Of a DNA stretch of 64,000 bases, positions 8,572-18,238 are shown one piece after another; the stretch's first letter is position 1, and every line of letters starts with the position of its first letter. The DNA is from Longimicrobiales bacterium. GTDB lineage: Bacteria > Gemmatimonadota > Gemmatimonadetes > Longimicrobiales > Gaopeijiaceae. The DNA lies in NCBI GenBank assembly GCA_965249725.1, contig CBDFMQ010000001.1:64001-128000 (forward strand). The letters run 5' to 3'. The position numbers and the translations under genes are program-made. The notes beneath the pieces were generated by a model. It was not told the origin of the DNA and searched no databases. It saw only the letters and a program-made list of their open reading frames with translations.

Positions 8572-9264
8572 CTACTCCGCCAGGGTCTCTTTCGTGACGT
8601 CCGCCCCTGGCGTGAGCGGCGCAGCCGTGACGGGCGGCCCGGAGGGGCCTGCCGGTGTCGCGTGGACATGCGTGTTGTAGAGCCGCTCGACGAACTGTTT
8701 GGTCGCCAGTTCCTGCGCCACGGCTTCGCCACCGATATACACCTTCTGGTCGCTGGGCACGTCGAGCGTGATCCGGTCCCCTGTGATCCGTATGGACGCG
8801 CTCCCGTCCTCGCGCTGCAGGCTGACGCCTTCCTCCACCGCCGGGCTCACAGCCAGCTCACCCGCGCGTCCGCCCCAGCCGGGGATGAGCACCGCGTCCG
8901 TAGCCGAGATGATCCGGCCCGGCGACGGCGGCGAGGTGGCGAGCGACTGCTTGAACTCGCTCAGCCCACGGTGCGTGAAGAAGATCTGGACCGGATCTCC
9001 GGGCATGAGGCTGAAGAGCATCGTATAGCCGCCGCCGCTCGGGAAGAGGACCGGCACATCGAGAAGCGGCGCTTGGCTTAGTAGCTCGCCGCTCGATAAC
9101 CGCATCTGGAGCGCGGGCTGTACCCGCGCACGCCGGGTCGCGGCGTCGAACTGCTCGACGATCCCCGGAACCGAGGTGAGGAGCGTCTTCCTGAACTCGT
9201 CCAGCACCGACCTCAACGCGGTCGTCAGTGATCCGAAATCCGTCTCGCGGTCGATATTGCTCAT
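8572..9264 (-). CDS. Gp138-family baseplate spike
   Basis: PGIVEQFD...ARVQPAL...DVPVLFPSGGG...PGD.V..FF; C-terminal HVH apex motif. Confidence 0.85.
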   Translation of the reverse strand: MSNIDRETDFGSLTTALRSVLDEFRKTLLTSVPGIVEQFDAATRRARVQPALQMRLSSGELLSQAPLLDVPVLFPSGGGYTMLFSLMPGDPVQIFFTHRGLSEFKQSLATSPPSPGRIISATDAVLIPGWGGRAGELAVSPAVEEGVSLQREDGSASIRITGDRITLDVPSDQKVYIGGEAVAQELATKQFVERLYNTHVHATPAGPSGPPVTAAPLTPGADVTKETLAE

Positions 9265-9272
9265 CGGCTCCA

Positions 9273-10118
9273 CTACGCTACCGGGCGGCCCTCAAGTTCT
9301 GTGTAAAAGCTCTCGCGGCGGTTGTCGCCTTCATGCGTGAGCACGACCACCTTGTGCGGTCCCGCATCCTCGGTCGCGAGCGCACGCACGTCGACCAGAT
9401 CGTCTAGCTGGACACGAGGATCGAGCAGCGTGCGTACCCGTAGCCCGTCGTCGGTCACGGTCGGCGTCTCGATCATGCCCGTCTGCTCGCTGATCTCCCA
9501 GGTGCTCGCGCCAGCCGTACGCGCACCCGAGCGTGTGAACCGGATCTGGCCGTTGTTCTCGTACATCCGCACGTTCAGCGGCGCCAGGAGTTCGCGAAGC
9601 ACGTCCGTCGTGTTGCCTGCCGCCCGATAATCGGTCTGCGTCGCGCTCTCGGGGATCGCGTCCAGTGGCCCGAACGTCAGTTCCGGTAGCGGCGGGTCGT
9701 CCTCAGAGCGGACGTTGTACGTCTCCAGCGCGTCGGCCACGATCTCGCGCACGGGTACCGAGCGCGAGTAGGTGTGGTTGAAGATCGCGGGCACGCGACG
9801 CGCCAGAAAACCGCCGACGTGGATGCGGGTGATGCGGTCGAGCTTGTCGCGCTCACGGGTCACGCGCCTTATGTCGCCGTCGAAAATGAGCGATAGGTCC
9901 ACGGACCGGGCTCCGTAGCCGACGCGAAGTTGCACGCGGCGCGCACGGTCGCGGATCTGGCGTTCGTTCGATTCGATCAGGTTGTGGATCGCTACCTCGC
10001 CCTCGGCGGGCGTGACCGTCGATTCGCGCCGAATCCTGAACTTGACGAACAGATCACGGACCTGAAGCGCGTCCCGCTCGTCGCCCACGATGACCTCAAC
10101 CTGCCGCAGGAATCTCAT
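9273..10118 (-). CDS. Baseplate hub protein
   Basis: VQLRVGYG...IFDGDI, ISEQTGMIETP...GLRVRTLLDP, HEGDNR motifs; ATGA overlap at 10115-10118. Confidence 0.75.
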   Translation of the reverse strand: MRFLRQVEVIVGDERDALQVRDLFVKFRIRRESTVTPAEGEVAIHNLIESNERQIRDRARRVQLRVGYGARSVDLSLIFDGDIRRVTRERDKLDRITRIHVGGFLARRVPAIFNHTYSRSVPVREIVADALETYNVRSEDDPPLPELTFGPLDAIPESATQTDYRAAGNTTDVLRELLAPLNVRMYENNGQIRFTRSGARTAGASTWEISEQTGMIETPTVTDDGLRVRTLLDPRVQLDDLVDVRALATEDAGPHKVVVLTHEGDNRRESFYTELEGRPVA

Positions 10119-10438
10119 GGGATGGCCGCCTGTTCGAGTTCCGCTTGCGATGCCCAGAACAATCGGTGCGTGCGGGTCCATGCATGGCGGCCAGGCTCGC
10201 CAGGGCCCGAGACGTGCAACTCGCCAGTGCCGGGCAACGTCTTGATGTCGCGAAGCGGCCGGCCGCCGCCGACCAAGCGCCGACCCCGAATGATCGGGAC
10301 GGCGTTCGCGGTCTCAAGGCTCAGGTACCATGCCGCCTCCGGTGGCTGCCACCATGCGCTCACCCGCACGGAGACGCCCGCAAGCCGGGTCAAGAAGCTC
10401 TGGCGCGCGTCGTCGCCCAGTGGGATGATCTCAGCCAT
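10115..10438 (-). CDS. Baseplate plug-like protein
   Basis: IPL....QSF...L.G....V...W.....WYLSL pattern; position before hub. Confidence 0.65.
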   Translation of the reverse strand: MAEIIPLGDDARQSFLTRLAGVSVRVSAWWQPPEAAWYLSLETANAVPIIRGRRLVGGGRPLRDIKTLPGTGELHVSGPGEPGRHAWTRTHRLFWASQAELEQAAIP

Positions 10439-10989
10439 CAGCGGCTGTGCGCTTTCGGTAGCCCGGCCGGCACCGTGGCTTTCGTGCCGCCGTCCACCGT
10501 GCTTGTCCGGTCCGTCGCCGGTCCCGACACGCGGCCCGCGCTGAAGCGTGTCGCCGTCGTGCCGACGTGGATGATCTCGCTGAGCTCTAGCGTCACACGG
10601 AGCCCGCGTGCCGTCGATTCGTTCAGCTCCGTGCGTGCCGACGTGATGATCATGTTCTGGTACGTCTTGAGCAGCGTGACCACCTCCAAGAGCTCACGTT
10701 GCTCCATCAGCGTGACGATCGTCTGCCAGGTCTCCGCTCGACGCTGGTCCGGTGTCGTGGCGTCGTCCGTGCCGGCTGCCGGGAGTCCGTCCGATACCCA
10801 ACCTTCGAGCCGCAGCTTGTCCGGCAGCTTGACCGCGTTGTCCGTCACCGAGCCGCCCGATTCGACCGGATGCTCCGTCGTCTGCAGCGATAGCTGGTGG
10901 TCCTCGGTCGGGTAGCCGTCCAGCTTGCCGACGAGCGGCGCGATCTGCGTCGATTCGACCGCGAACAGCCCGAAATCTTGATCCGCCAT
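10438..10989 (-). CDS. Tail tube initiator / Dit-like baseplate protein
   Basis: E.H.....TEHPVESGGSVTDNA...P..L.LEG, EVVT..KTYQNMII motifs after the tape measure gene. Confidence 0.8.
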   Translation of the reverse strand: MADQDFGLFAVESTQIAPLVGKLDGYPTEDHQLSLQTTEHPVESGGSVTDNAVKLPDKLRLEGWVSDGLPAAGTDDATTPDQRRAETWQTIVTLMEQRELLEVVTLLKTYQNMIITSARTELNESTARGLRVTLELSEIIHVGTTATRFSAGRVSGPATDRTSTVDGGTKATVPAGLPKAHSR

Positions 10990-10998
10990 TGCCGTCCG

Positions 10999-13164
10999 CT
11001 ACTCGCTGCGGCCCGAGTCGTTGTCCTCAGCCACGTTCCGCCCCGCGTTCCGCCACGCATCCTCCACCGCGGAGCCGACGGCACCGGCAATCTCGTCCGC
11101 GTCCGCTCCGGTCGTGGCGTGGATAGTGACCGGAGCGTTCAGCGTCACGTTCCGCGCGCTCTGGTCGAGCGTCGTTTCCGAGTAGCTGTTCGCCGCCGCC
11201 TGTTCGGCCGCGAGCCCCGCCCCCGGCGGCAAGATCAGCGGCGGCGTCACCGGATCGCGAAGCATGTCCAGCACGAGTTGTTCACCTGGCGACCACTCCT
11301 CTTCGCCGGCTTCGATACGGCGGAGACGCCTGCGCCGCTCAGTCTTTTCCTGAATCCCTTTCGTATTCAGCTCCGCACGGGTCCCAGCCTCACCCCATCG
11401 GTCCAATACGTCGCCGGCCCCACCGAACAGATCCCCCAGCCAACGACCCAAGGCCGTGCCCGATAGCAAGTCCATAAAGTCGAACCACCAGCCCTTGAGC
11501 ACCTCCAGTACGTAGCCCACCTGCGCAAGCACCCATTTACCCATCCCATTTACGAGCTTCTTGAAACCCTCCGACTTCATGTAGAGCAGCACGAGCGCAG
11601 CGATGAGCGCGAGTATCCAACCCACGAGCGGAATACTGAAAATGGCACCCTTGATCGCGGTCGCGAGGACCCCAAAGGCGGCGCCAAGCCCGGGCAAGGT
11701 TGTTGCCGTCGAGACTGCTGCCGCCTCGAAAAAGAACAAAGACCTCGCGGCCATCATCGTGCGCGGCCCCAGTCCCACCAGTGCGCGCCCGGCACCTGTC
11801 ATGAGATTGCGCCAGGTTGCGCGATTAAACACCTTCATCAACACACGCCCGAACCCCCGAATAAGCCCTCTGACCCTCAGGATTCCGATGCCCAGTAGAG
11901 TGTGCCTAAGCGCCAGGTTACGCGTCGTACCGGATGCCACACGCATGGCCGCTATCGTGCCCCAAAGCCCCAAGCTGAGGCCCTTGAACGGTCCGATCAT
12001 CGTTACGGTCTGGAGTGCGGCGAACGCGATCACGACCCGCTGAATCGTGTCGGGCAGCAGGTTGAACCCACGTAGCAGCGGCTTGATCGCTTTATCGTAG
12101 AACCATATCAGGTCGGTCTTTAGGTTGTTGATCGTCTCTACCCATACGAACCATCCGCTCTTCCTGACCGCTGCCATCGCGCGCGCCAGGTTCTCCGCGT
12201 CTTCGGGCATGTCCGCGAGGATGCCGCGGTACGCGTCCTGGTTCGCTCCCACGTCGAGCACAAACCCAATCGCCTCTTCGGACTCGAAGATCTTCTTGAG
12301 CTTCTCGGTATCGATACGGCCGTCATCCATGCGCAGGCGCTCGGTGACGTGGATCACCGTCTCAAGGAGCCCCTCCTGGTCGGCCATATCACGCAGCTCG
12401 ACCGTAGACATGCCGAGCCCCTCTTCCTCGTCCGCGATGAGTTTCTTGCCTTGCTCGGTCGGTGCCAGGAGCTTGTTCATTGCGGCCTTGATGCCGGTCG
12501 TGACCCTCGGCACGTCGAGGCCCGTGCGCGTATAGCCTGCAATCGCCGCGCCGAGTTCTTTGAATTCGACCCCGAGCTGGCCTGCGGTCGAGAGTAGCTG
12601 CGGCATCTGTTGGGAGAGCGCACCCACGTCTTTGATGTTTCCGGCGCGCACGGTCTCAAGCATCTGCGCGACGGCCTTCTCGGCCGTCAGCGTATCGGAG
12701 CCGAACACGTTCAGTGCGCCACCGGCGAGCAGCGCGATGTCCTGAACGTTCCCGAGTTCGATCGCGCCCCCCTTCGCCGCCGCGCCCATCGCGTCTAGCG
12801 CATCGGCCTGATTGAGCCCCGCCGAGCGCAGCGAGAAGAAGGAGTCGGCCAGCTTGTCCAGCGCGACGCCCGTCTCCCTGGAGAGTTCTCGTGCGCGAGC
12901 CTTACCTTCCTCGATCTCTGCGTTCGATAGTTCGAGCTGGGTCCTGAGCTTGGTGAACGAGCGTTCGGCCTTCATGCCGACACCGACGCTTGCGACGCCG
13001 ACGGCGCCGAGCACGGTCGCCATGCCGCGACCGACGTGGGCCAGATCGGCGCGCAACCGTTTCGATGAGTCCCGGATCTGCTTGAAGCCGCGCTGAACGT
13101 TGCGCACAGCGGCGGGGTCCATGCGCGGCACGTAGCGTGTGATCAGTTCGTCAATGACCGCCAC
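10999..13164 (-). CDS. Tail tape measure protein
   Basis: 721 aa, Ala/Gly-rich helical protein with hydrophobic segments, directly after the chaperone. Confidence 0.9.
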   Translation of the reverse strand: MAVIDELITRYVPRMDPAAVRNVQRGFKQIRDSSKRLRADLAHVGRGMATVLGAVGVASVGVGMKAERSFTKLRTQLELSNAEIEEGKARARELSRETGVALDKLADSFFSLRSAGLNQADALDAMGAAAKGGAIELGNVQDIALLAGGALNVFGSDTLTAEKAVAQMLETVRAGNIKDVGALSQQMPQLLSTAGQLGVEFKELGAAIAGYTRTGLDVPRVTTGIKAAMNKLLAPTEQGKKLIADEEEGLGMSTVELRDMADQEGLLETVIHVTERLRMDDGRIDTEKLKKIFESEEAIGFVLDVGANQDAYRGILADMPEDAENLARAMAAVRKSGWFVWVETINNLKTDLIWFYDKAIKPLLRGFNLLPDTIQRVVIAFAALQTVTMIGPFKGLSLGLWGTIAAMRVASGTTRNLALRHTLLGIGILRVRGLIRGFGRVLMKVFNRATWRNLMTGAGRALVGLGPRTMMAARSLFFFEAAAVSTATTLPGLGAAFGVLATAIKGAIFSIPLVGWILALIAALVLLYMKSEGFKKLVNGMGKWVLAQVGYVLEVLKGWWFDFMDLLSGTALGRWLGDLFGGAGDVLDRWGEAGTRAELNTKGIQEKTERRRRLRRIEAGEEEWSPGEQLVLDMLRDPVTPPLILPPGAGLAAEQAAANSYSETTLDQSARNVTLNAPVTIHATTGADADEIAGAVGSAVEDAWRNAGRNVAEDNDSGRSE

Positions 13165-13410
13165 GGTGCTTCCTCTTCGCGTCGCGTCTGGCCGCCTTCA
13201 TGGCCCGGTGCTCGTTCTCCGCACGGACCGCCAGTATCTCGTTCATGTTGGCGACCTCGTTCAGGGTCAGAGTCTTGAGTTCGCTGTACCGGCACAGGCC
13301 AGCACCGACGGGCGCGGCGAGGAACGGCGGGATGTTGACCGTAGCTACGCTGTCTGCTCCGTCGCCTCCGGGTCGGGGGCCCCCAAAAGGGAGGCGAGAT
13401 CTTGAAAAAA
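13151..13410 (-). CDS. -1 frameshift extension of the tail assembly chaperone (gpGT-like C-terminal part)
   Basis: Open -1 frame from the T6 run (A6 at 13405-13410) to TGA at 13151: ...PPFLAAPVGAGLCRYSELKTLTLNEVANMNEILAVRAENEHRAMK...; not in the ORF track. Confidence 0.8.
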
Positions 13411-13806
13411 GGGGTGGAAATTGATCATGATCGTCTGTGCGAGCACGCGGTAGATCGCGGAAATGCCGAGGTTCTGAAACGCTTGTTCCTCGGAGCCGGA
13501 TAGCGGCTGAAGCGTCTGTGCCGAAGCGTTGCGGTAGGTGACCGTGCGAAACAGGTCGGCCTGGAGCTCGCGCACGAACTGCGGCCTTGCGCCCATCACC
13601 ATCTTGAACAGCGCCGCCGCCTCCGCCGTACCGTCCGTGCCAAGCTGATCAGCCCGGATACTGGCTTCCGTATTGGCGATCTCGTGCCGGATACGCTCCA
13701 GCATCGGATAGGCTTCCCACGCCGAGAGTTCGGCGAACCGGAACAGCGTGGCACCGATGGTCAGTTCGCGCTTGAGCAGCTCGGCTACTTGAATGTTGGG
13801 CAACAT
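13345..13806 (-). CDS. Tail assembly chaperone
   Basis: Position between tube and tape measure; ends INFHPFF over a slippery CCC TTT TTT. Confidence 0.8.
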   Translation of the reverse strand: MLPNIQVAELLKRELTIGATLFRFAELSAWEAYPMLERIRHEIANTEASIRADQLGTDGTAEAAALFKMVMGARPQFVRELQADLFRTVTYRNASAQTLQPLSGSEEQAFQNLGISAIYRVLAQTIMINFHPFFQDLASLLGAPDPEATEQTA

Positions 13807-13814
13807 GGTCTAGG

Positions 13815-14297
13815 TCAACCTCCCGATTCAACCGCTGGGAGTGATTCCTTCACACCGGGCCCGGAGAAGAAGGATACGGAGTCGTAGGTGGCAAGAATCG
13901 ACTCGAAATCGAACACGAATTCACGGGTTGCCGCGGCCGACTTGCCGAGCGTCTGGCCCGCCGGGCCCTTCTTCATGACACCGCGCTCGAAGCGCCCGGA
14001 CGCGCCGGACTGCGAGTTCGACCACGAGCCGTTGAACTCGACGCGCCCGCCCTGGATGATCTGCGCCCACTGCTGCATGAAGAACGCCGTGCTCGGCGAG
14101 TTAGCGAGCAGCTTGATCGTAACCTCGCCGCCGCGTGTCGCGGTGCTGTTCGCCAGCATCTTCCCGTCCGCGCCGCGTGTGGTCTCGTAGAGGTCAATGT
14201 CGGGCAGCGTGAACGCGTCCTCTTCATCGGCCCAGCCCTCCAGCCGGTGCCCGTTGATGCGGACGACCGTATGCTCAAGGTCAAAGAACAGACTCAT
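13815..14297 (-). CDS. Tail tube protein (DUF3277-like)
   Basis: INGH.LEGWA...GADG.......RGGEVTIKLL.NSPS motif; follows the sheath. Confidence 0.82.
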   Translation of the reverse strand: MSLFFDLEHTVVRINGHRLEGWADEEDAFTLPDIDLYETTRGADGKMLANSTATRGGEVTIKLLANSPSTAFFMQQWAQIIQGGRVEFNGSWSNSQSGASGRFERGVMKKGPAGQTLGKSAAATREFVFDFESILATYDSVSFFSGPGVKESLPAVESGG

Positions 14298-14310
14298 GTG
14301 ACTTGCCCCC

Positions 14311-16407
14311 TTAGCTCTCGAAAACGAGGCCGATGTTTACGAAGTGGACGGCGCCCGAGCCCTTGAGCCACACGGACACGGGCGGCGCTTTACGTGCCTC
14401 GCGGTCGGCCTGCGGCTGCTCGGCAACCGGCAACACGTGCACCAGGTAGCCGTTGGACAGGAAGCCGGTGAAGTCCGGGTTGCCGGTAGCGAGGCGGATC
14501 GCGTTCGCTTGCGTCTCGGCGAGCGTACCGGGCGCTATGCCGCCGTTTCGCACACCCTGCGCGCAGATGTCCTCGGCCGCTTCCTTGAGCGCCGCGATCC
14601 CGTCATCGGTCTGCGGCACCCGGTTCGCGGAGAGGAGCGCGTTGAACAGGTTCCCCCGGATGCGGGTGACGAGCCAATCGAGGAAGACCTGCATGTCGAT
14701 CCAGCCGCCGAACGACGTGCCCTCCTGAATGATCGGCGTACCGCCGACGGTTGAGTACCAGTTGACGCCGCGCTCGCGCAGCGCCGCAGCCTGGGTTGGC
14801 GTGAGCTCGTCCGGCACCGTCCCGTACAACCGTCTGAACTTGGCCGTGATCAGCGACTGCACGCCCCCGAAGTTGACGGCACTGAACCGGGCCGCGAGCG
14901 ACACGGCTTTGTAGTCGGAGGTCCTGGACCAGATGGCCGAGGCCGACGGGCTCCCAGGGGCTGCCAGCCTGGCAATCACCGAGGTCGTATCGGCCAGCTC
15001 GAGCGCGCGCTCCTCGTGCGAATCGGCTAGAAGGAACCGATCATTGGACGCCGCCCACTCGGCGGCTTCGGCCACATCGTCGGTGTCGACGATACCTTCG
15101 GCCAACGTGACGAAGTAGAAATCGGGATCGATCTGAGCCAGGCGGTCCAGCGCCTGCGTGATCGTCTCGCTGCTCGATCCGTCGAACGTCCGCGCCCCTA
15201 CCTGAGACGACAGGCCCAGCACACGCGACTCGTCCGAGTCGGTGAACCCGGCACCGAGGTCCTGCGGCGGCACCGACACAATCAGCTTGCCATTGCTGGC
15301 GCTCACCGAGAGGCCGCCGCCCGTGATCCGCGTGACGAATGCGCTCTGGATCGCAGCCGCTACGGCTTCCAGCGTCGTGAGTCCCTTCGTGTTGATCACA
15401 AGCGACTCTGTACCGAGGAGCTCCAGCCGGAAGGGCCCATAGAGCGCGGCGACCTCCGTGTCCGTGCCGTCGCTCACCCTCACCGTGTATGCGGCCGAGG
15501 CCGGACCGACGGTGAGGACCACGATGTTCGTGCCATCGTAGAACGCGGCTTGTGAAGCCTCCGTGAGCGTGCCCGTGGCGGCTGTCGCCGCGCCCGACGT
15601 CAGGTTGAGCGTCAGGAGCTTTTGGTCCGCCTCATCGAGCGCGTAGAGCTTGTTCCCGTTGCTCACGAGCGCAACCGGGTTCGTGGCAGCGGCCCCGAGC
15701 CCCGAGCCGACTGCGGTCGCGGCCCGGGTCGTGAGCGCGAGCCTATAGAGCGTCTTGTTCGCCGCGTTGATCAGATAGACCGTGCCCGAATGGACTGCGG
15801 CACCGTCGATCGACCCGGTGACACCCGTGATCTCGCCCACGAGCGTCAACGAGTAGTCCGATGTATCGATCGAGTAGAGCGACGAGTTTGAAGCGTCGAT
15901 GACGTACAGGGTCGTACCGTCCGAGAACAGTGCTCGTGGCCGCGTGAGGCCCATCGCCGCGAGGTAGCGGGCCGCGCCGGTCGAACCGTCGACCGACCAC
16001 AGGGCACCCAGCGTCTCATCGACGAAGTAGCTCACCCCATCGTGGCGCACTGCGCCCGTGGGCGTGTGGGTGAACCCGGATAGCGCTTCGATGTCTTCGA
16101 TACTGCCCGGCTGGCCGCCGAACACGTAGCCCCTTGAGCCCGTGGGGTGGCAGGCACCCACGAGGAAGTCCTTCGGATAGGGCTGCTGCTGGAAGTAGAT
16201 GTTCGCGGCTTTCCGTGGTTCGCCGGACGGCCAGTCGTCCGCCAGGTCCTCGATCCCGGCGTAGGCCCGGATCTGCGCGTCGCGTAGCGCCTGCTCCGTG
16301 GTGTCCGGCAGGCCCGCGCAATGCAGGAAGAGCGTGCGCCCGAAATCCGCTCGGCCTCCGCCTCCCGCCACCTGCACGGCTACATTGACGATGTTTCTAA
16401 GCGACAT
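14311..16407 (-). CDS. Tail sheath protein (DUF3383-like) with inserted beta-propeller domain
   Basis: N-term IVNV.V...FG..LFL, A..YF.Q.P.P; C-term GWID.....DWL, VPQTDDG, DREARKAPP...GAVHFVNI; repeat insert at about aa 111-325. Confidence 0.88.
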   Translation of the reverse strand: MSLRNIVNVAVQVAGGGGRADFGRTLFLHCAGLPDTTEQALRDAQIRAYAGIEDLADDWPSGEPRKAANIYFQQQPYPKDFLVGACHPTGSRGYVFGGQPGSIEDIEALSGFTHTPTGAVRHDGVSYFVDETLGALWSVDGSTGAARYLAAMGLTRPRALFSDGTTLYVIDASNSSLYSIDTSDYSLTLVGEITGVTGSIDGAAVHSGTVYLINAANKTLYRLALTTRAATAVGSGLGAAATNPVALVSNGNKLYALDEADQKLLTLNLTSGAATAATGTLTEASQAAFYDGTNIVVLTVGPASAAYTVRVSDGTDTEVAALYGPFRLELLGTESLVINTKGLTTLEAVAAAIQSAFVTRITGGGLSVSASNGKLIVSVPPQDLGAGFTDSDESRVLGLSSQVGARTFDGSSSETITQALDRLAQIDPDFYFVTLAEGIVDTDDVAEAAEWAASNDRFLLADSHEERALELADTTSVIARLAAPGSPSASAIWSRTSDYKAVSLAARFSAVNFGGVQSLITAKFRRLYGTVPDELTPTQAAALRERGVNWYSTVGGTPIIQEGTSFGGWIDMQVFLDWLVTRIRGNLFNALLSANRVPQTDDGIAALKEAAEDICAQGVRNGGIAPGTLAETQANAIRLATGNPDFTGFLSNGYLVHVLPVAEQPQADREARKAPPVSVWLKGSGAVHFVNIGLVFES

Positions 16408-16927
16408 AGGTAATATCTCCTTGCGGTTCCCCGTTCGTCTCTAACGGGATGCAGTCATACGTGCCGATTTCGGATGCCGGGGCGGCGGTTCGGTAGCGGT
16501 ACGCGATGCTCAAATCGACGCCCGAACGCTCTTCCCAGGCCGCCGAGATCACGGCGTCGATCTGTCGCACCGGCCCGCAGCGGTTGAACGTGAACCCCAG
16601 CTCGTGCGCGTGCCGTATCCCCAGCGGGGTCGAGCACCAGAGCCGGAAGCGGTGCGCCCGCTCGCAGGAGCCCGTGCCCAGCCACTGGACCGAGTAGTCG
16701 GCCAATACGGCACCGAGCGTTGCGTCCTCTTCGCCGTCCGCGCCGTAGCGGCTGTAGGGCGTACCGTCGAGTTCGGAGGAGATCAGGGTCACCGTCGCGT
16801 ACGGCTCGTTATGAGCCGCGTGCGAGTCGTTGCCTGCAATCGCCAGGTTGCGATCCAGCCCGGAGCCCAAGGCCACGTGAGCGCGCACGGCACGCTCCAG
16901 CGTCCTCCGCGTCGGCTCGAAGTTCAA
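16397..16927 (-). CDS. Neck / tail terminator protein
   Basis: Position before the sheath; PYATV and WEERS.VDL motifs; TTG start overlaps the upstream TGA. Confidence 0.7.
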   Translation of the reverse strand: MNFEPTRRTLERAVRAHVALGSGLDRNLAIAGNDSHAAHNEPYATVTLISSELDGTPYSRYGADGEEDATLGAVLADYSVQWLGTGSCERAHRFRLWCSTPLGIRHAHELGFTFNRCGPVRQIDAVISAAWEERSGVDLSIAYRYRTAAPASEIGTYDCIPLETNGEPQGDITYVA

Positions 16928-17487
16928 CGCTCGATCTCCCAAGCGACCGCGGTACTCATCACGCCCTCGTCGACCAGCGGGTTCGAGCTGCCCTTGCGCT
17001 CGGCCGTGGCCGGTGCGTTCGGCGGTGTGCGCAGATCCTCGATCCGTTGCTGGATGATGTTCTTGAAGCGCTCGCCCGCGCGGGGGAGCAGCTGGTCAGC
17101 CGCCCTGTCGGGCCGTGCCGACCTGTTCGCGCGCTTCATTTCCTGTACGGCGAGCTTGCGCAGCTGGGACCGCGCGATGCGGATCGCCTGCCGGAAGAAC
17201 GGACGCTCCGGGGTGCCGGGATGCTGAACAGAGTCCGCGAAGACGGCCTTACCGCCTGAGCCTGTGAAGGCGAGTTTCTTCCCTGACTTCGCAGTGATAG
17301 TGTGCGGCTTCGTCCCGAACTCGTTGAAGTACGCGACCTCCGCCACCGACTGGCCGCCCCGGTGCGCCGGATAGCGCGCAGTACTGAAGAACCCGACCTT
17401 CACGCTTGAGCCACCTCCACGGGCCGCCCGGTCCAGGCCCAACAAGTGCTGCTTGAGCCTCGTGCCGCCCGTCGTCTTGACCGTCAT
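16924..17487 (-). CDS. Neck/tail completion protein (HK97 gp10-like)
   Basis: VKVGF, VA.VA..NEFGT, PERPFFR, PPNAPAT..RKGSSNPLVD.G motifs; ATGA overlap at 17484-17487. Confidence 0.8.
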   Translation of the reverse strand: MTVKTTGGTRLKQHLLGLDRAARGGGSSVKVGFFSTARYPAHRGGQSVAEVAYFNEFGTKPHTITAKSGKKLAFTGSGGKAVFADSVQHPGTPERPFFRQAIRIARSQLRKLAVQEMKRANRSARPDRAADQLLPRAGERFKNIIQQRIEDLRTPPNAPATAERKGSSNPLVDEGVMSTAVAWEIER

Positions 17488-17864
17488 ATGCCCTGTTCCC
17501 GTACGGCCAGCGCCTCGACGAAGCCGCCGCGTGACCAATCCATCACTTGCAGCACCCGATACTCGGTGCCCGCGTATCTCACGCGGTCGCCGTCCGTCGT
17601 CCCGGCCCGGATCGCCTTGACGGGCTGCCGGAACCAGAATCGGCGCGCATCGCTGAGTCGCGCACCCTCCGGCAACACTTCTCGCGTCTCGGCCGCGTTC
17701 TCGGCCGTCACGGGCGCGACGGTCGCCCGCACGTCCGTTTCCTCGTCCACTCCAGCTACCCACTCGCCGAACTCGTTGCGCCCACCCTCGCCTGCCCGGA
17801 TCAGCGTGACTGGCTCCGAGAAGCTCCGCTCGATGCCGCGTCCCACGTAGGGCGGCGTCCTCAT
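17484..17864 (-). CDS. Head closure protein
   Basis: G..NEFGEWV.G, LPEG.R.SD, GD.V.Y.G.EYRV pattern and position. Confidence 0.75.
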   Translation of the reverse strand: MRTPPYVGRGIERSFSEPVTLIRAGEGGRNEFGEWVAGVDEETDVRATVAPVTAENAAETREVLPEGARLSDARRFWFRQPVKAIRAGTTDGDRVRYAGTEYRVLQVMDWSRGGFVEALAVREQGI

Positions 17865-18238
17865 CGGACCATGACCGATGCAAGGCGCACTCGTGGTGTG
17901 CGCGCCTCAAGCACCAGGAACCGCCGGCCGTAGGCGGTCGTCGCGAAGAACGTTTCACGACCACCCCCTTCACGGTCACCCGCCGCCACCGTTCGATACG
18001 TCGCCTGGTACGGACCGACCCGTTCGCTCGCTAGCTCGCCGAGTCCGCCGTCCGGTTGGGCTCCCGGGTCCACAGGCCCGAGCGCGAGCAGATGCGCGGC
18101 GCAGAGGCTCGTGAGCGTCGCCGTGTGATCCGAGAGCGCCCGAGCCTCCGCTAGAGCACCCTCGATCTCAGCGTCACCCCGGTCCCCGAACTCGGGATAC
18201 CGTTCACGGAACCCAACTACCGACATCTCACCGGTCAT
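17861..18238 (-). CDS. Head-tail adaptor (DUF4054-like)
   Basis: FRERYPEF...AAHLLAL...SE.VG......Y...TAYGRRF motifs. Confidence 0.82.
   Translation of the reverse strand: MTGEMSVVGFRERYPEFGDRGDAEIEGALAEARALSDHTATLTSLCAAHLLALGPVDPGAQPDGGLGELASERVGPYQATYRTVAAGDREGGGRETFFATTAYGRRFLVLEARTPRVRLASVMVR

Noticed and set aside
5944..16927. Tailocin or extracellular contractile injection system
   Set aside because: Capsid, portal, terminase, protease and replication genes are all present
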